From NCBI GenBank assembly GCA_947627365.1, contig CANQVT010000006.1:3262-67261 (forward strand): a stretch of DNA of 64,000 bases. Reading direction: 5' to 3'. The translations under genes and the position numbers were made by a program. Source of the stretch: an uncultured Lachnospiraceae bacterium (lineage in GTDB: Bacteria; Bacillota; Clostridia; Lachnospirales; Lachnospiraceae). Numbering within the stretch: the stretch's first letter is position 1; each line of letters begins with the position of its first letter. Below the pieces are notes generated by a model. That model was given only the letters and a program-made list of their open reading frames with translations. It was not told where the DNA came from and did not search any database. Shown one piece after another: positions 19,265 through 28,201 of the stretch.

Positions 19265-20104
19265 TTACTCTCTGGCCACGAAAACAATCCCGAATGCGCC
19301 CGGCCCGATGTGTGTCCCGATCGTGGAGCCGATCTGCAGGCGGTTGGCCGTGCGGATGCCCTCCTTGTGCAGCTTCTCCTCAAAGAAGATGCAGTTTTCA
19401 TCACCGTAGGAGTAGATCGCGTAGGCAGGGAAGCGATTGTCGACGCCGAGCTCTTCGATCTGCCTGATGATGGACATGATCGCCTTGTTCTTGCCGAGAC
19501 ATTTGCCGAGAATTCCGATTCCGCCCTCCACTGTGAGGGTGATGATCGGCTTGATATTCGCGAGATCGCCGATCGCAGCGGCTGTCTTGCTGATGCGCCC
19601 GCCGCGTCCCAGGAATTCGAGCGTGTTCAGGGCGGCGAAAACCTTCACGCGGGATTTGATCGCCTCGATCTTCTGCACGATCTCGGGAGCGGTCTTGCCC
19701 TCGTTTCTCAGCTGTAGGGCGTAATCCGCCATCAGCTTGATCGTGTAGGTGGCGGAGCGCGAGTCGATCAGGTAGATCTTGTCATACTCTGCCATGTTTT
19801 TCGCCATCTGCGCAGTCTGGAACGTGCCGCTCAGCTCGGACGACAGGAGAATACAGATCAGCTCATCTCCTTTTTTCTTCACATCCTCGAAGACGTCCAA
19901 AAACGCCTGCGGGGACGGCTGAGAGGTCTTCGGAAAGTCGCTGCTGCGCTGCAGGATCTCATAAAATTCGTCTCGTCCCATATCGAAGCCGTCCACATAG
20001 CTTTTTTCGCCGATCGCGATACTGATCGGAATAAGATCAAGGCCTTTCTGCCGGATCTCCTCGACTGTATAATCAGAAGAGGAATCTACCAATATTCGAA
20101 TCAT
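19265..20104 (-). CDS. DegV family fatty-acid binding protein
   Basis: DSSSD, PKTSQPSP, LSS.LSGT, H.GPGA; start placed after GGAGG. Confidence 0.92.
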   Translation of the reverse strand: MIRILVDSSSDYTVEEIRQKGLDLIPISIAIGEKSYVDGFDMGRDEFYEILQRSSDFPKTSQPSPQAFLDVFEDVKKKGDELICILLSSELSGTFQTAQMAKNMAEYDKIYLIDSRSATYTIKLMADYALQLRNEGKTAPEIVQKIEAIKSRVKVFAALNTLEFLGRGGRISKTAAAIGDLANIKPIITLTVEGGIGILGKCLGKNKAIMSIIRQIEELGVDNRFPAYAIYSYGDENCIFFEEKLHKEGIRTANRLQIGSTIGTHIGPGAFGIVFVARE

Positions 20105-20168
20105 TTCCATCCCTCCAATTACGCCTATCATATCTCATATTTATTGATTTGAAAAGATGGAAATTGTG

Positions 20169-21104
20169 TCAAATACCCAAGCGGCCCGTGCGGGACTCTT
20201 TCGGAGATTCGCCGAATTTTTTGCGGTACGCGTGGTAGAACGCAGCGTAGCTCGCAAATCCGCTTCGCATGCAGGCGTCGGTCACAGAGGTGCCGGATTG
20301 AATCAGCGTGCGCGCGGCAAACAGCCGTTTCTCTGTGATGTAGGCGCCGATTGTGTAGCCGGTCTCCCGCCGGAACAGGTGCATCAGGTAGGAACGGTTC
20401 AGAAAGCATGCCTCAGCGATCTGGTCTACATTGAGTTCGTCCGTCAGGTGCTCATTGATGAAAGCGAGGATGGCAAGCACCTGCGGGTTTGCTCCGGATG
20501 CAACTGGGAATGAGATGTCGTCGCCGTCCAGCGTCCGGTTCAAAAGGATCAGAAACTGCAGAAGCACAGACTGACGATAGAGTTGGGACTCCGCTGACAC
20601 GGAAAATGCAAACTGTGTATTTGCATCACGGATTTCAGAGGAGTTTTCGGCGGATCCCGGTTTTCGGGAAGCGGAGGCCTCTTCCAGCGCCGCGTCTGCC
20701 AGCTCCCGGTACTGTGGATACAGACGGCTTTCCTGAAAACGGCTGATGCGCAGGACATGGGAACGGCGGGCGGAGCACAGAGAAAAACAACGCCCCAGGT
20801 TTGCGCCGAGCGTCTGATATTGCTCGAAGAGCGCGGGGGAGAGATAGATGATCAGGCGACGATAGGGCGTTTTGTCGTGGATGACGGGACGGTGAACCTC
20901 CCCGGCCGGCACGAGCACGATATCGTACGGCTGCAGCTGATATGTCTCGCCTTCAATATAGTAGCTTACACTTCCGCTCACGAAGAGAAGAAGCTTATGG
21001 AAATCATGATAATGACTCTGAAAATCACGCGACTCTGCGCTTGTGAGGTAGAAAATCCGGAAATCGCTGTTCAGATAACCTGTTTTCTGGTAAAGAGTGG
21101 ACAT
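20169..21104 (-). CDS. AraC family transcriptional regulator (cupin plus HTH)
   Basis: HYHDF cupin motif; C-terminal YLMHLF..ETG...GF..Y..F...Y.K.FG.SP. Confidence 0.9.
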   Translation of the reverse strand: MSTLYQKTGYLNSDFRIFYLTSAESRDFQSHYHDFHKLLLFVSGSVSYYIEGETYQLQPYDIVLVPAGEVHRPVIHDKTPYRRLIIYLSPALFEQYQTLGANLGRCFSLCSARRSHVLRISRFQESRLYPQYRELADAALEEASASRKPGSAENSSEIRDANTQFAFSVSAESQLYRQSVLLQFLILLNRTLDGDDISFPVASGANPQVLAILAFINEHLTDELNVDQIAEACFLNRSYLMHLFRRETGYTIGAYITEKRLFAARTLIQSGTSVTDACMRSGFASYAAFYHAYRKKFGESPKESRTGRLGI

Positions 21105-21362
21105 TGCTCTGTCTCCCTGCAGTTTCGAGATATTTTAGCAGACATGACCTGACGTAGGCAGTTTACAGTGACGCGGAGGCGCTGATTTTCGGGCCGCCAT
21201 ATATGTATGTCAGGCTGATCTTTATGATGATGTTAGCATAGGAGCGCATTATTTGCAAGAAAAAGAGCAGAATACAAGTTTTTATTGAGGAAAATGGTGA
21301 GTAAAATATAACATATCTTTGAGAAATATGGAATCATTGTAATCAGGCAGAAGGAGGCCAGA

Positions 21363-22226
21363 ATGATGGAACTGACGTTGAGCATGTATCAGAGCTTCGG
21401 CAACGATTATCTGATCTACGATTGTTTGAAAAATGATTATGAACTGAAACCCGAGGATATCCGTCACATCTGTGATCGCCAGTTCGGCGCTGGCTCGGAC
21501 GGCATTCTGGTCGGGCCGCTGCAGATTTTTGGCAAGATGGGTGTGAAGATCTACAACCCGGACGGGAGCGAGGCCGCGATCAGCGGCAACGGTATCTGCA
21601 TTTTTGCGAAATATCTGAAGGATGCAGGTTATGTGGTCAAAAAGGAATTTGTTCTGCAGACGCAGAGTCGTGAGGTGACAGTCCGCTACCACAATGAAGA
21701 GGCGAAGGAAATGACGATCTCGATGGGCAAGCTGTACTGTGGACAGACAAAGCCTGTGGAGGATGGCACAGAGCATGGGAAGAGCGAGCAGGTACCCGTA
21801 AGCTTTGAGGGAGAAGAGTACTGCGGCACCTGTGTATGGATGGGGAATCTGCACTGTATCATTCCGATGAAGGAGATTTCCAGAGAGGCCGTCTGCAAGA
21901 TCGGATCGGAGCTTGAGAAGTCAGAGCGCTTCCCGGACGGGATCAACACGCAGATCATTCGTATTGCGGATAAAAATAATATTTACACTGAGGTTTACGA
22001 ACGAGGCGCAGGCTACACGCTCGCGTCGGGAAGCAGCTGTTGTGCGGCGGCTGGGGTGGCATACCAGCTTGGGCTGACGGATCCCTGTGTATATGTACAC
22101 ATGCCGGGCGGGGTACTGACCGTGAAGGTGGACGAAAATATGAACGCCCATATGACAGGCAGCGCGGATTACATCGGCCGCATGATATTGTCGGATGAGT
22201 TTTTGCGGAAATATCAGATCGGATAA
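21363..22226 (+). CDS. dapF: Diaminopimelate epimerase-like protein (Ser in place of both catalytic Cys)
   Basis: GND, R.FG.GSDG, NPDGSEA..SGNG, MGN.H, ERGAG.TLASGS. Confidence 0.75.
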   Translation: MMELTLSMYQSFGNDYLIYDCLKNDYELKPEDIRHICDRQFGAGSDGILVGPLQIFGKMGVKIYNPDGSEAAISGNGICIFAKYLKDAGYVVKKEFVLQTQSREVTVRYHNEEAKEMTISMGKLYCGQTKPVEDGTEHGKSEQVPVSFEGEEYCGTCVWMGNLHCIIPMKEISREAVCKIGSELEKSERFPDGINTQIIRIADKNNIYTEVYERGAGYTLASGSSCCAAAGVAYQLGLTDPCVYVHMPGGVLTVKVDENMNAHMTGSADYIGRMILSDEFLRKYQIG

Positions 22227-22244
22227 TTTAGCATTTCTTTTGAA

Positions 22245-22272
22245 TCGGCGGGGTGCCCGAACACCCCGCCGG
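22245..22272 (+). terminator. Hairpin, probable terminator
   Basis: CGGCGGGGTG / CACCCCGCCG inverted repeat. Confidence 0.6.
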
Positions 22273-22365
22273 TTCTGATTAAATCATATTGTAATTATAG
22301 GAATTGTGAGGTATAATTTTCGCAGAGGGCTTGCCGATCCCAAAACGGCAATTTGGAGGAAGGCT

Positions 22366-22800
22366 ATGAGAATATCGACAAAGGGAAGATACGCGCTGCG
22401 TCTTATGCTGGATCTCGCGGTGCATGCGTCCGGCGATCCGATCCGTCTCAAGGATGTGGCGCGCCGTCAGAACATTTCAGAAAAATATCTGGAGCAGATC
22501 ATTTCTGTTCTGAACAAGGCAGGCTATGTGCGAAGCATCCGCGGACCGCAGGGCGGTTACGTGCTGCAGAAAGCGCCGGAGGAATATACGGTAGGCATGA
22601 TCCTGCGGCTGACGGAGGGCAGCCTTTGTCCGGTGGAATGCGTGGATGATGCAGGGACTCCCTGCGCTTCTGAGAAGGAATGTACGACACGGCTCCTCTG
22701 GAAGAAGCTGAACGATGCGATCAACGGCGTGGTGGATACGGTTACGCTGGGAGACCTTGTAGACTGGAGGGCGCAGCAGGCGGACCATTATGTGATCTGA
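22366..22800 (+). CDS. Rrf2 family regulator (IscR/CymR-like, with Cys ligands)
   Basis: MRISTKGRYALR, S.KYLEQI, S.RG.QGGY.L, Cys cluster CVDDAGTPCASEKEC. Confidence 0.92.
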   Translation: MRISTKGRYALRLMLDLAVHASGDPIRLKDVARRQNISEKYLEQIISVLNKAGYVRSIRGPQGGYVLQKAPEEYTVGMILRLTEGSLCPVECVDDAGTPCASEKECTTRLLWKKLNDAINGVVDTVTLGDLVDWRAQQADHYVI

Positions 22801-22839
22801 TTGCTTTGCGGCAGCCGGCCGGAGGGGAGGAGTCGTCAG

Positions 22840-23169
22840 GTGCAGATACGAATATTGCCGTCTGCGATGATTCGCAGGAAATATAATGAGATCGTGGAGA
22901 TTTGCAAGGAGGAGAGAGTTCCTGTATTTTTGACCAAGAATGGGGAAGAAGACCTGGTTGTGGTTGCAGTGGGGGATTTTTTTCTGAGGGAGCAGCAGAT
23001 TTTGCTTCGTGAAAAACTGGTCGATATCGAGAAGCGGCGCAGGACAGGGATGAAAGATCTCTCTGCGAAGGCGGTTTTCAGGCGACTGCAGGAGATGATC
23101 GAGAATTATAAGCTTCTGGAGCTGACGCAGGAGAATGAATACCCGGAGGGCGGAGAGAAATATATCTGA
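22840..23169 (+). CDS. Phd/YefM family antitoxin-like protein
   Basis: I.PS..IR..YNEI...C......PVFLTKNG..DLVV pattern; GTG start after GGAGGAG. Confidence 0.72.
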   Translation: MQIRILPSAMIRRKYNEIVEICKEERVPVFLTKNGEEDLVVVAVGDFFLREQQILLREKLVDIEKRRRTGMKDLSAKAVFRRLQEMIENYKLLELTQENEYPEGGEKYI

Positions 23170-23226
23170 AAATACGTTGATCCGTGAAATTGCCTGCAGG
23201 CAGGCGTTTCACGGATCAGCGTATTT
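23170..23226. terminator. Long bidirectional terminator hairpin
   Basis: AAATACGTTGATCCGTGAAA / TTTCACGGATCAGCGTATTT between convergent genes. Confidence 0.75.
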
Positions 23227-23252
23227 GTATGGCTCATTGCCGGATATGGAGA

Positions 23253-24266
23253 TTAGAGCTTAATATTTTTGAACAGTGACGCGAGCGAGGTCGTCGCCTC
23301 CTCCGCCTTCGGCAGGTGGAAGGTTTCCTCTTCGATCGCCTCTGCGGCTACATCCTCGAGCGCCTTCATGCTCAGGCTGATCTTGCCGTCCTTGACGGCA
23401 ATGATCTTCACCTTGACGGTCTGGCCTTCCTTAAGTACAGCCGACGGATGCTTGATGCGCTGCTGGCTGATCTGCGAGACATGGATCAGGCCGGAGAGGC
23501 CGTTCCCGAGATTTACAAACGCGCCGTAAGGCTGCAGCGTCTCCACCGTACCCTCAGTCACAAGGCCGACCTGTACGTTGGAGATTTTCTTTTTGCGCTC
23601 CTCCTCGGCTTTCTCGCGCAGAATGTCGCGCGCGGAGAGCACAAGACGCTTCTCCTCGGGATCTGCTGTGATAACGCGGACCTCGATCTCACGCCCGACA
23701 AACTCGTCCAGATTTTCCACATAGTTCAAGGAGAGCTTGGAGGCCGGGATAAATCCGCGGACGCCCTCGACGTATGTAGTCACGCCGCTCTTGACCGCTT
23801 CGCTGATCTTGACGGTAATGTTGGACTGGTCCTTCTGAAGCTGCTGCAGACGCTCCCAGCCGAGCACGGCGGCCGCTGCCTTCAGGGAGAGCTGGATGCG
23901 GCCCTGCGCGTTATCGCGGCGGATCACGGTCGCGGAAACGGGCTGACCGACTGTAAAGCTCTTAAGCGAGAAGGACGGATCGTCGCTGGCGTCCTCGAGA
24001 CGCACTACGCCCTCGGCGTGAATGCCGAGATCTACGATCAGTTCCTCCTCGGAGACGCCGATCACCGTGCCGTTCAGGATGTCTCCCTCGTGAATCGGCT
24101 TCATGGAAGCCGCGATTGCGTCTTCATAGTCGGCCATACTCTCTGCAGGCGCCGCGGGCTTCTCCGCTGCTTCCGGCGCTGCGGATACCTCGGGCACATC
24201 GGGCGTCGCCGGGATCTCGGGCTCTTTGCTCATGGTTGTCTGTTCTGTCAAAATCTCTTCACTCAT
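23253..24266 (-). CDS. S1 RNA-binding domain protein (ribosomal protein S1-like, three S1 domains)
   Basis: Three S1 repeats, including GFIPASKL and YGAFV.LG.G..GLIHVSQIS. Confidence 0.85.
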   Translation of the reverse strand: MSEEILTEQTTMSKEPEIPATPDVPEVSAAPEAAEKPAAPAESMADYEDAIAASMKPIHEGDILNGTVIGVSEEELIVDLGIHAEGVVRLEDASDDPSFSLKSFTVGQPVSATVIRRDNAQGRIQLSLKAAAAVLGWERLQQLQKDQSNITVKISEAVKSGVTTYVEGVRGFIPASKLSLNYVENLDEFVGREIEVRVITADPEEKRLVLSARDILREKAEEERKKKISNVQVGLVTEGTVETLQPYGAFVNLGNGLSGLIHVSQISQQRIKHPSAVLKEGQTVKVKIIAVKDGKISLSMKALEDVAAEAIEEETFHLPKAEEATTSLASLFKNIKL

Positions 24267-24433
24267 AAATCTGATTGCCTCCGTTTGCAAAATATTTGGA
24301 TCTCAATCCATATGTTGTCTCTATTTTAACACAGCATTTGCCATTTGAATACCAGAAAAAAGCGAAAAAACAGAAAATTGTTTCACAAACAGAAGAATAA
24401 GTGATATACTGAGAGCTGAAAGGCGGGAAACGT

Positions 24434-25480
24434 ATGGAAACGGTCATCGCAAGGATGTGCGACGGTATAAATGAAGCGGAAATCAGCCGCGCCGGGGAGA
24501 TTCTGCGCAGAGGCGGGCTGGTCGCTTTTCCCACAGAGACGGTGTACGGGCTCGGCGCGAACGCGCTGGACGCGGAGGCGGCCGGGAAGATCTACCGGGC
24601 GAAGGGCAGGCCGTCGGACAATCCCCTGATCGTACATATCGCGGACTGGGACGCGATCTATAAGATCGCCGCGGAGATTCCGGCGGAGGCGAAGCTGCTG
24701 GCGGACGCGTTCTGGCCGGGGCCGCTGACGATGATCCTGAGAAAATCAGACGTGGTTCCTCCTGCGACGACGGGCGGGCTTGACACGGTGGCGGTGCGGC
24801 TGCCGGATCATGCGGTGGCGCGCGCGCTGATCCGCGCGGGAGGCGGCTATGTGGCTGCGCCGAGCGCGAATACCTCCGGACGGCCGAGCCCGACAAAGGC
24901 AGAGCATGTCGCGCAGGATATGGATGGGGTGATCGATATGATCATCGACGGGGGCGATGTGGAGATTGGCATTGAATCAACGATCGTCGATCTGACGGAC
25001 AGGACTCCGACGATCCTCCGGCCGGGATACATCAGCCGGGAGATGCTCGGCAGGGTACTCGGGACGGTGGAAGTCGACCGCGCGCTGATCTCGGAGGACT
25101 CGGATCTGCGGCCGAAGGCGCCGGGGATGAAGTACCGTCATTACGCACCGAAGGCGCAGCTCTTTATCGTGCAGGGACCGCAGCAGCTTGTCCGGGTGAA
25201 GATCAATGCACTGGCTGAGGCGAACAAAGCGGCCGGTCTTCGCACAGGCGTGATCGGCACCGACGAGTCGCAGGGCTTTTACGCGAACGCCCTTGTGAAG
25301 TCGATCGGCTCCCGCCAGGATGAGGGCTCGATCGCCCGGCATCTGTACGGTATCCTGCGGGAGTTCGACGAGTCTGAGGTCAGCGTGATCTACTCGGAGG
25401 CGTTTGACACGCTGCAGATGGGACAGGCCATCATGAACCGCCTGATCAAGGCCGCGGGACATCAGATCATCTCTGTATAA
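24434..25480 (+). CDS. sua5: Threonylcarbamoyl-AMP synthase (Sua5/TsaC2)
   Basis: VAFPTETVYGLGA, KGRPSDNPLIVH, APSAN.SG.PS, PGMKYRHYAP. Confidence 0.96.
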   Translation: METVIARMCDGINEAEISRAGEILRRGGLVAFPTETVYGLGANALDAEAAGKIYRAKGRPSDNPLIVHIADWDAIYKIAAEIPAEAKLLADAFWPGPLTMILRKSDVVPPATTGGLDTVAVRLPDHAVARALIRAGGGYVAAPSANTSGRPSPTKAEHVAQDMDGVIDMIIDGGDVEIGIESTIVDLTDRTPTILRPGYISREMLGRVLGTVEVDRALISEDSDLRPKAPGMKYRHYAPKAQLFIVQGPQQLVRVKINALAEANKAAGLRTGVIGTDESQGFYANALVKSIGSRQDEGSIARHLYGILREFDESEVSVIYSEAFDTLQMGQAIMNRLIKAAGHQIISV

Positions 25481-25526
25481 AAAGCGGCCGGCAATATACA
25501 GCGTATTTTTCAAGGAGTCGATTGGT

Positions 25527-25991
25527 TTGAAAAGGTACGACAGATTAATTTTTGTGAGCAACGGCGATACTGCGCTCGGCCCGATGGCGGAGGCGATCTT
25601 GCAGAACAAATTTCTGATGGATGTACTGGAGGTGACTTCCAGAGGGGCGGTCGTTCTCTTTCCGGAGCCGGTCAACCCGAAAGCGGAGGCGGTGCTTGTC
25701 AGCAATGGACTGACGATGAAGGATCATGTGAGTGCGCCGCTTCTTCCGGAGGACTTTGACGAGCGGACGCTGATCCTGGCGACGGGTGAGAGCGTGAAGC
25801 AGAAGCTGAAGAATCAGTTCGGGGAGCTCGCCGCGGGGGTAAAGACGATCGCGGAGTTCACCGGGGAGGGGCGCGACGTGTCGAATCCGTACGGAGGCGG
25901 GCTCGCGGACTACGGGGTGAGCTTCGGGGAATTGGATGTGCTGATTGCGAGGCTCGCGTTACTGTTGAATGAGGAGGAATTATTATGTTAG
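25527..25991 (+). CDS. Low-molecular-weight phosphatase-like protein (YwlE-like), catalytic motif degenerate
   Basis: FVSNGDTALGPMAEA aligns to FVCTGNTCRSPMAEA; also S.G and NPYGG; lies between sua5 and rpiB. Confidence 0.78.
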   Translation: MKRYDRLIFVSNGDTALGPMAEAILQNKFLMDVLEVTSRGAVVLFPEPVNPKAEAVLVSNGLTMKDHVSAPLLPEDFDERTLILATGESVKQKLKNQFGELAAGVKTIAEFTGEGRDVSNPYGGGLADYGVSFGELDVLIARLALLLNEEELLC

Positions 25992-26425
25992 CAATCGGAT
26001 GTGACCAGGGCGGCTATGAATTAAAATTGGAGATTCTGAAATACCTTGACGGCAAGGGAATCGCGTACAAAGACTGCGGCACCTACTCGCCTGATTCGGT
26101 GGATTACCCGATCTATGCGAGGGCGGTCGTGAAGGAGATCCTCTCCGGGAATTGTGAGAAAGGCATTATCATCTGCGGCACCGGAATCGGCGTCTCGATG
26201 GTTGCGAACCGCTATAAGGGAATACGCGCCGCGCTCTGCGGCGACTGCTTCAGCGCGGAGGCGACCAGGCTTCACAACGACGCGAACGTTTTGACGATGG
26301 GCGCGCGCGTGGTGGGTCCGGGCCTTGCGTGCAAGATTGTGGAGACCTTCCTGAACACGCCGTTCTCCGGCGAGGAGAGGCATGTGCGCAGGATAAAGAT
26401 GATCGATGAGACTGATGAAATGTGA
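25985..26425 (+). CDS. rpiB: Ribose 5-phosphate isomerase B
   Basis: IGCD.GG..LK, DYP, CGTGIG.S..AN, HNDAN, RH.RRI. Confidence 0.95.
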   Translation: MLAIGCDQGGYELKLEILKYLDGKGIAYKDCGTYSPDSVDYPIYARAVVKEILSGNCEKGIIICGTGIGVSMVANRYKGIRAALCGDCFSAEATRLHNDANVLTMGARVVGPGLACKIVETFLNTPFSGEERHVRRIKMIDETDEM

Positions 26426-26469
26426 CGATAACACATGTAGACAGCTGCGGGACAAAGCGGACGGGCGCC

Positions 26470-27876
26470 TTACCCACAGATGTCTTCCAGATCGATGAGC
26501 CATACATTGCCGGCTTCGCGCGCGGCGAGGCGCAGCTCCTCCGAAAAGCTGGAGGTGGAGAAGATACAGCAGTAGCGTTTTAGCTTTCCAAAAGCGTCGA
26601 GCGGCATCAGGAGCCGGTCGAGCAGCTCCTTTCCGGCAGGCCCGGCTGAGCTGTGGCAGACGCCGAGCACCGCCTGCTCTTCATCTGCCGCCACGAGCGG
26701 GATGCGAAGGAACGGTTCGCGTTTTGTGCCGCCGGTCCACCATGCGCCGGCGTGTTTGTAGACGAAGGGCGTCTGACCGGTACCGGCCAGGCGTTCCAGA
26801 TATTCCGCGCAGACGGACTCAAAGACAGGGAGTAGGTATTCGTCCAGCGAGGGCAGAACCTGCTGCTCATATACCTGCCTGCCGCGGCCAAAGAGGATCT
26901 CGCTGAGATTCGGACCGACGAAACGGTACCAGAAGCGTGTCATATGGTCGGCAAATTGATAGCGGACTTTTTTCAGGGATTCCCCGGTCGCGGGGAATTC
27001 TTTTCGTATAAGGCCGAGCGAGATCAGCACGCCCAGATATTTCGCGCATTTGTTTGTGCCGACCGAAGCCTTTTCCGCGATGTCGGTCAGCTTTGTATAG
27101 CCGGACGCGATGATCTCGAGCAGGAAATTGTAGGTCGAGATCTCTCTGAGCTCCCGGTGCAGAGTGTCAAGCGGCGCCGTGAGCATCGGGGCGTCCGGGC
27201 TGAAGAACAGCCTCAGGATATTTTCACGCACAGACAGCTTCGTCTGGATCTGCGGCGTGCAGAAGGGGAACCCTCCGGTAATGCCGTACAGGAGGAGCTG
27301 CTCCTTCGGGGCGTAGCCGGACAGATAGGGTCGGCAGGCGGAGAACGGGAGCACATCGAGAAACGCGCGCGCCGTGATCGCGTCGAACGGCTCGCGAATC
27401 GGCTCAGCCATCAGCTCGCCGGCGTAGCCGACAGACGAGCTGGAGACGATGAGAAACACCTTTCCGGTCTGAAAGTCGTGATGCACTGCCTGCGTGAACG
27501 CCTGCATAAAGCCGGGACAGTTTCGGTCGAGATTCTGGAACTCGTCAAGCACAATAATGAGACGCCGCGAGAAGGAATAATCTGAGAGATAGGCAAATGC
27601 CTGCTCCCAGCTCGTGAAGGCTTCCGGCATTTTTTTGGAATTCAGACAGAGGGCCGCCTGGCGGTGGAATGCGTTCAGGTGCCCCTCGGGAACCGTCTCC
27701 TGCGCGGAGTAAAACAGCGTCGCCCTATCGCGGCAGAATTCGCGGATCAGGCTGGTCTTGCCGGTTCCGTAGCGTCCGTAGAGAAAGATAAAAGAAAACT
27801 GGACCCGGTTGTACAGGGCGTTTAATTTCTTGATATCATTTGCAAAAAAGGAATTCATGATCGTGCTCCTTGCCAT
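26470..27876 (-). CDS. Archaeal-type AAA ATPase with wHTH and DUF234-like C-terminus
   Basis: YGRYGTGKT Walker A, LDEFQ Walker B, TGG.P, D...RFWYRFV. Confidence 0.8.
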   Translation of the reverse strand: MARSTIMNSFFANDIKKLNALYNRVQFSFIFLYGRYGTGKTSLIREFCRDRATLFYSAQETVPEGHLNAFHRQAALCLNSKKMPEAFTSWEQAFAYLSDYSFSRRLIIVLDEFQNLDRNCPGFMQAFTQAVHHDFQTGKVFLIVSSSSVGYAGELMAEPIREPFDAITARAFLDVLPFSACRPYLSGYAPKEQLLLYGITGGFPFCTPQIQTKLSVRENILRLFFSPDAPMLTAPLDTLHRELREISTYNFLLEIIASGYTKLTDIAEKASVGTNKCAKYLGVLISLGLIRKEFPATGESLKKVRYQFADHMTRFWYRFVGPNLSEILFGRGRQVYEQQVLPSLDEYLLPVFESVCAEYLERLAGTGQTPFVYKHAGAWWTGGTKREPFLRIPLVAADEEQAVLGVCHSSAGPAGKELLDRLLMPLDAFGKLKRYCCIFSTSSFSEELRLAAREAGNVWLIDLEDICG

Positions 27877-28201
27877 AAGGGTGGCCGACGACTGCCGTCA
27901 GGCCGGCAGAAACGGCGTTTTCAAGCGGTGCTTTCTTTATCCTCAGTATAGTAGACCGCCCGGATAATGTCAATAAAAAGCAAACTCATAATATGATATT
28001 TTCGTAAAAAATTGTCACTTTTTTAAGAATCTTTTTATTTACGTGGCAAAAAGAATGTACTATACTATACACGACGTATTATGTTTTCAACGGGTTCATA
28101 AGACAGTTTGAGCATAGCAGAGTGATTTTATATGCCCAGATCGTGCGCCGCTGCTTGTCTGGTGATTGGCGGTGATATGGCCTGAACAGGGAGGATTTAT
28201 A

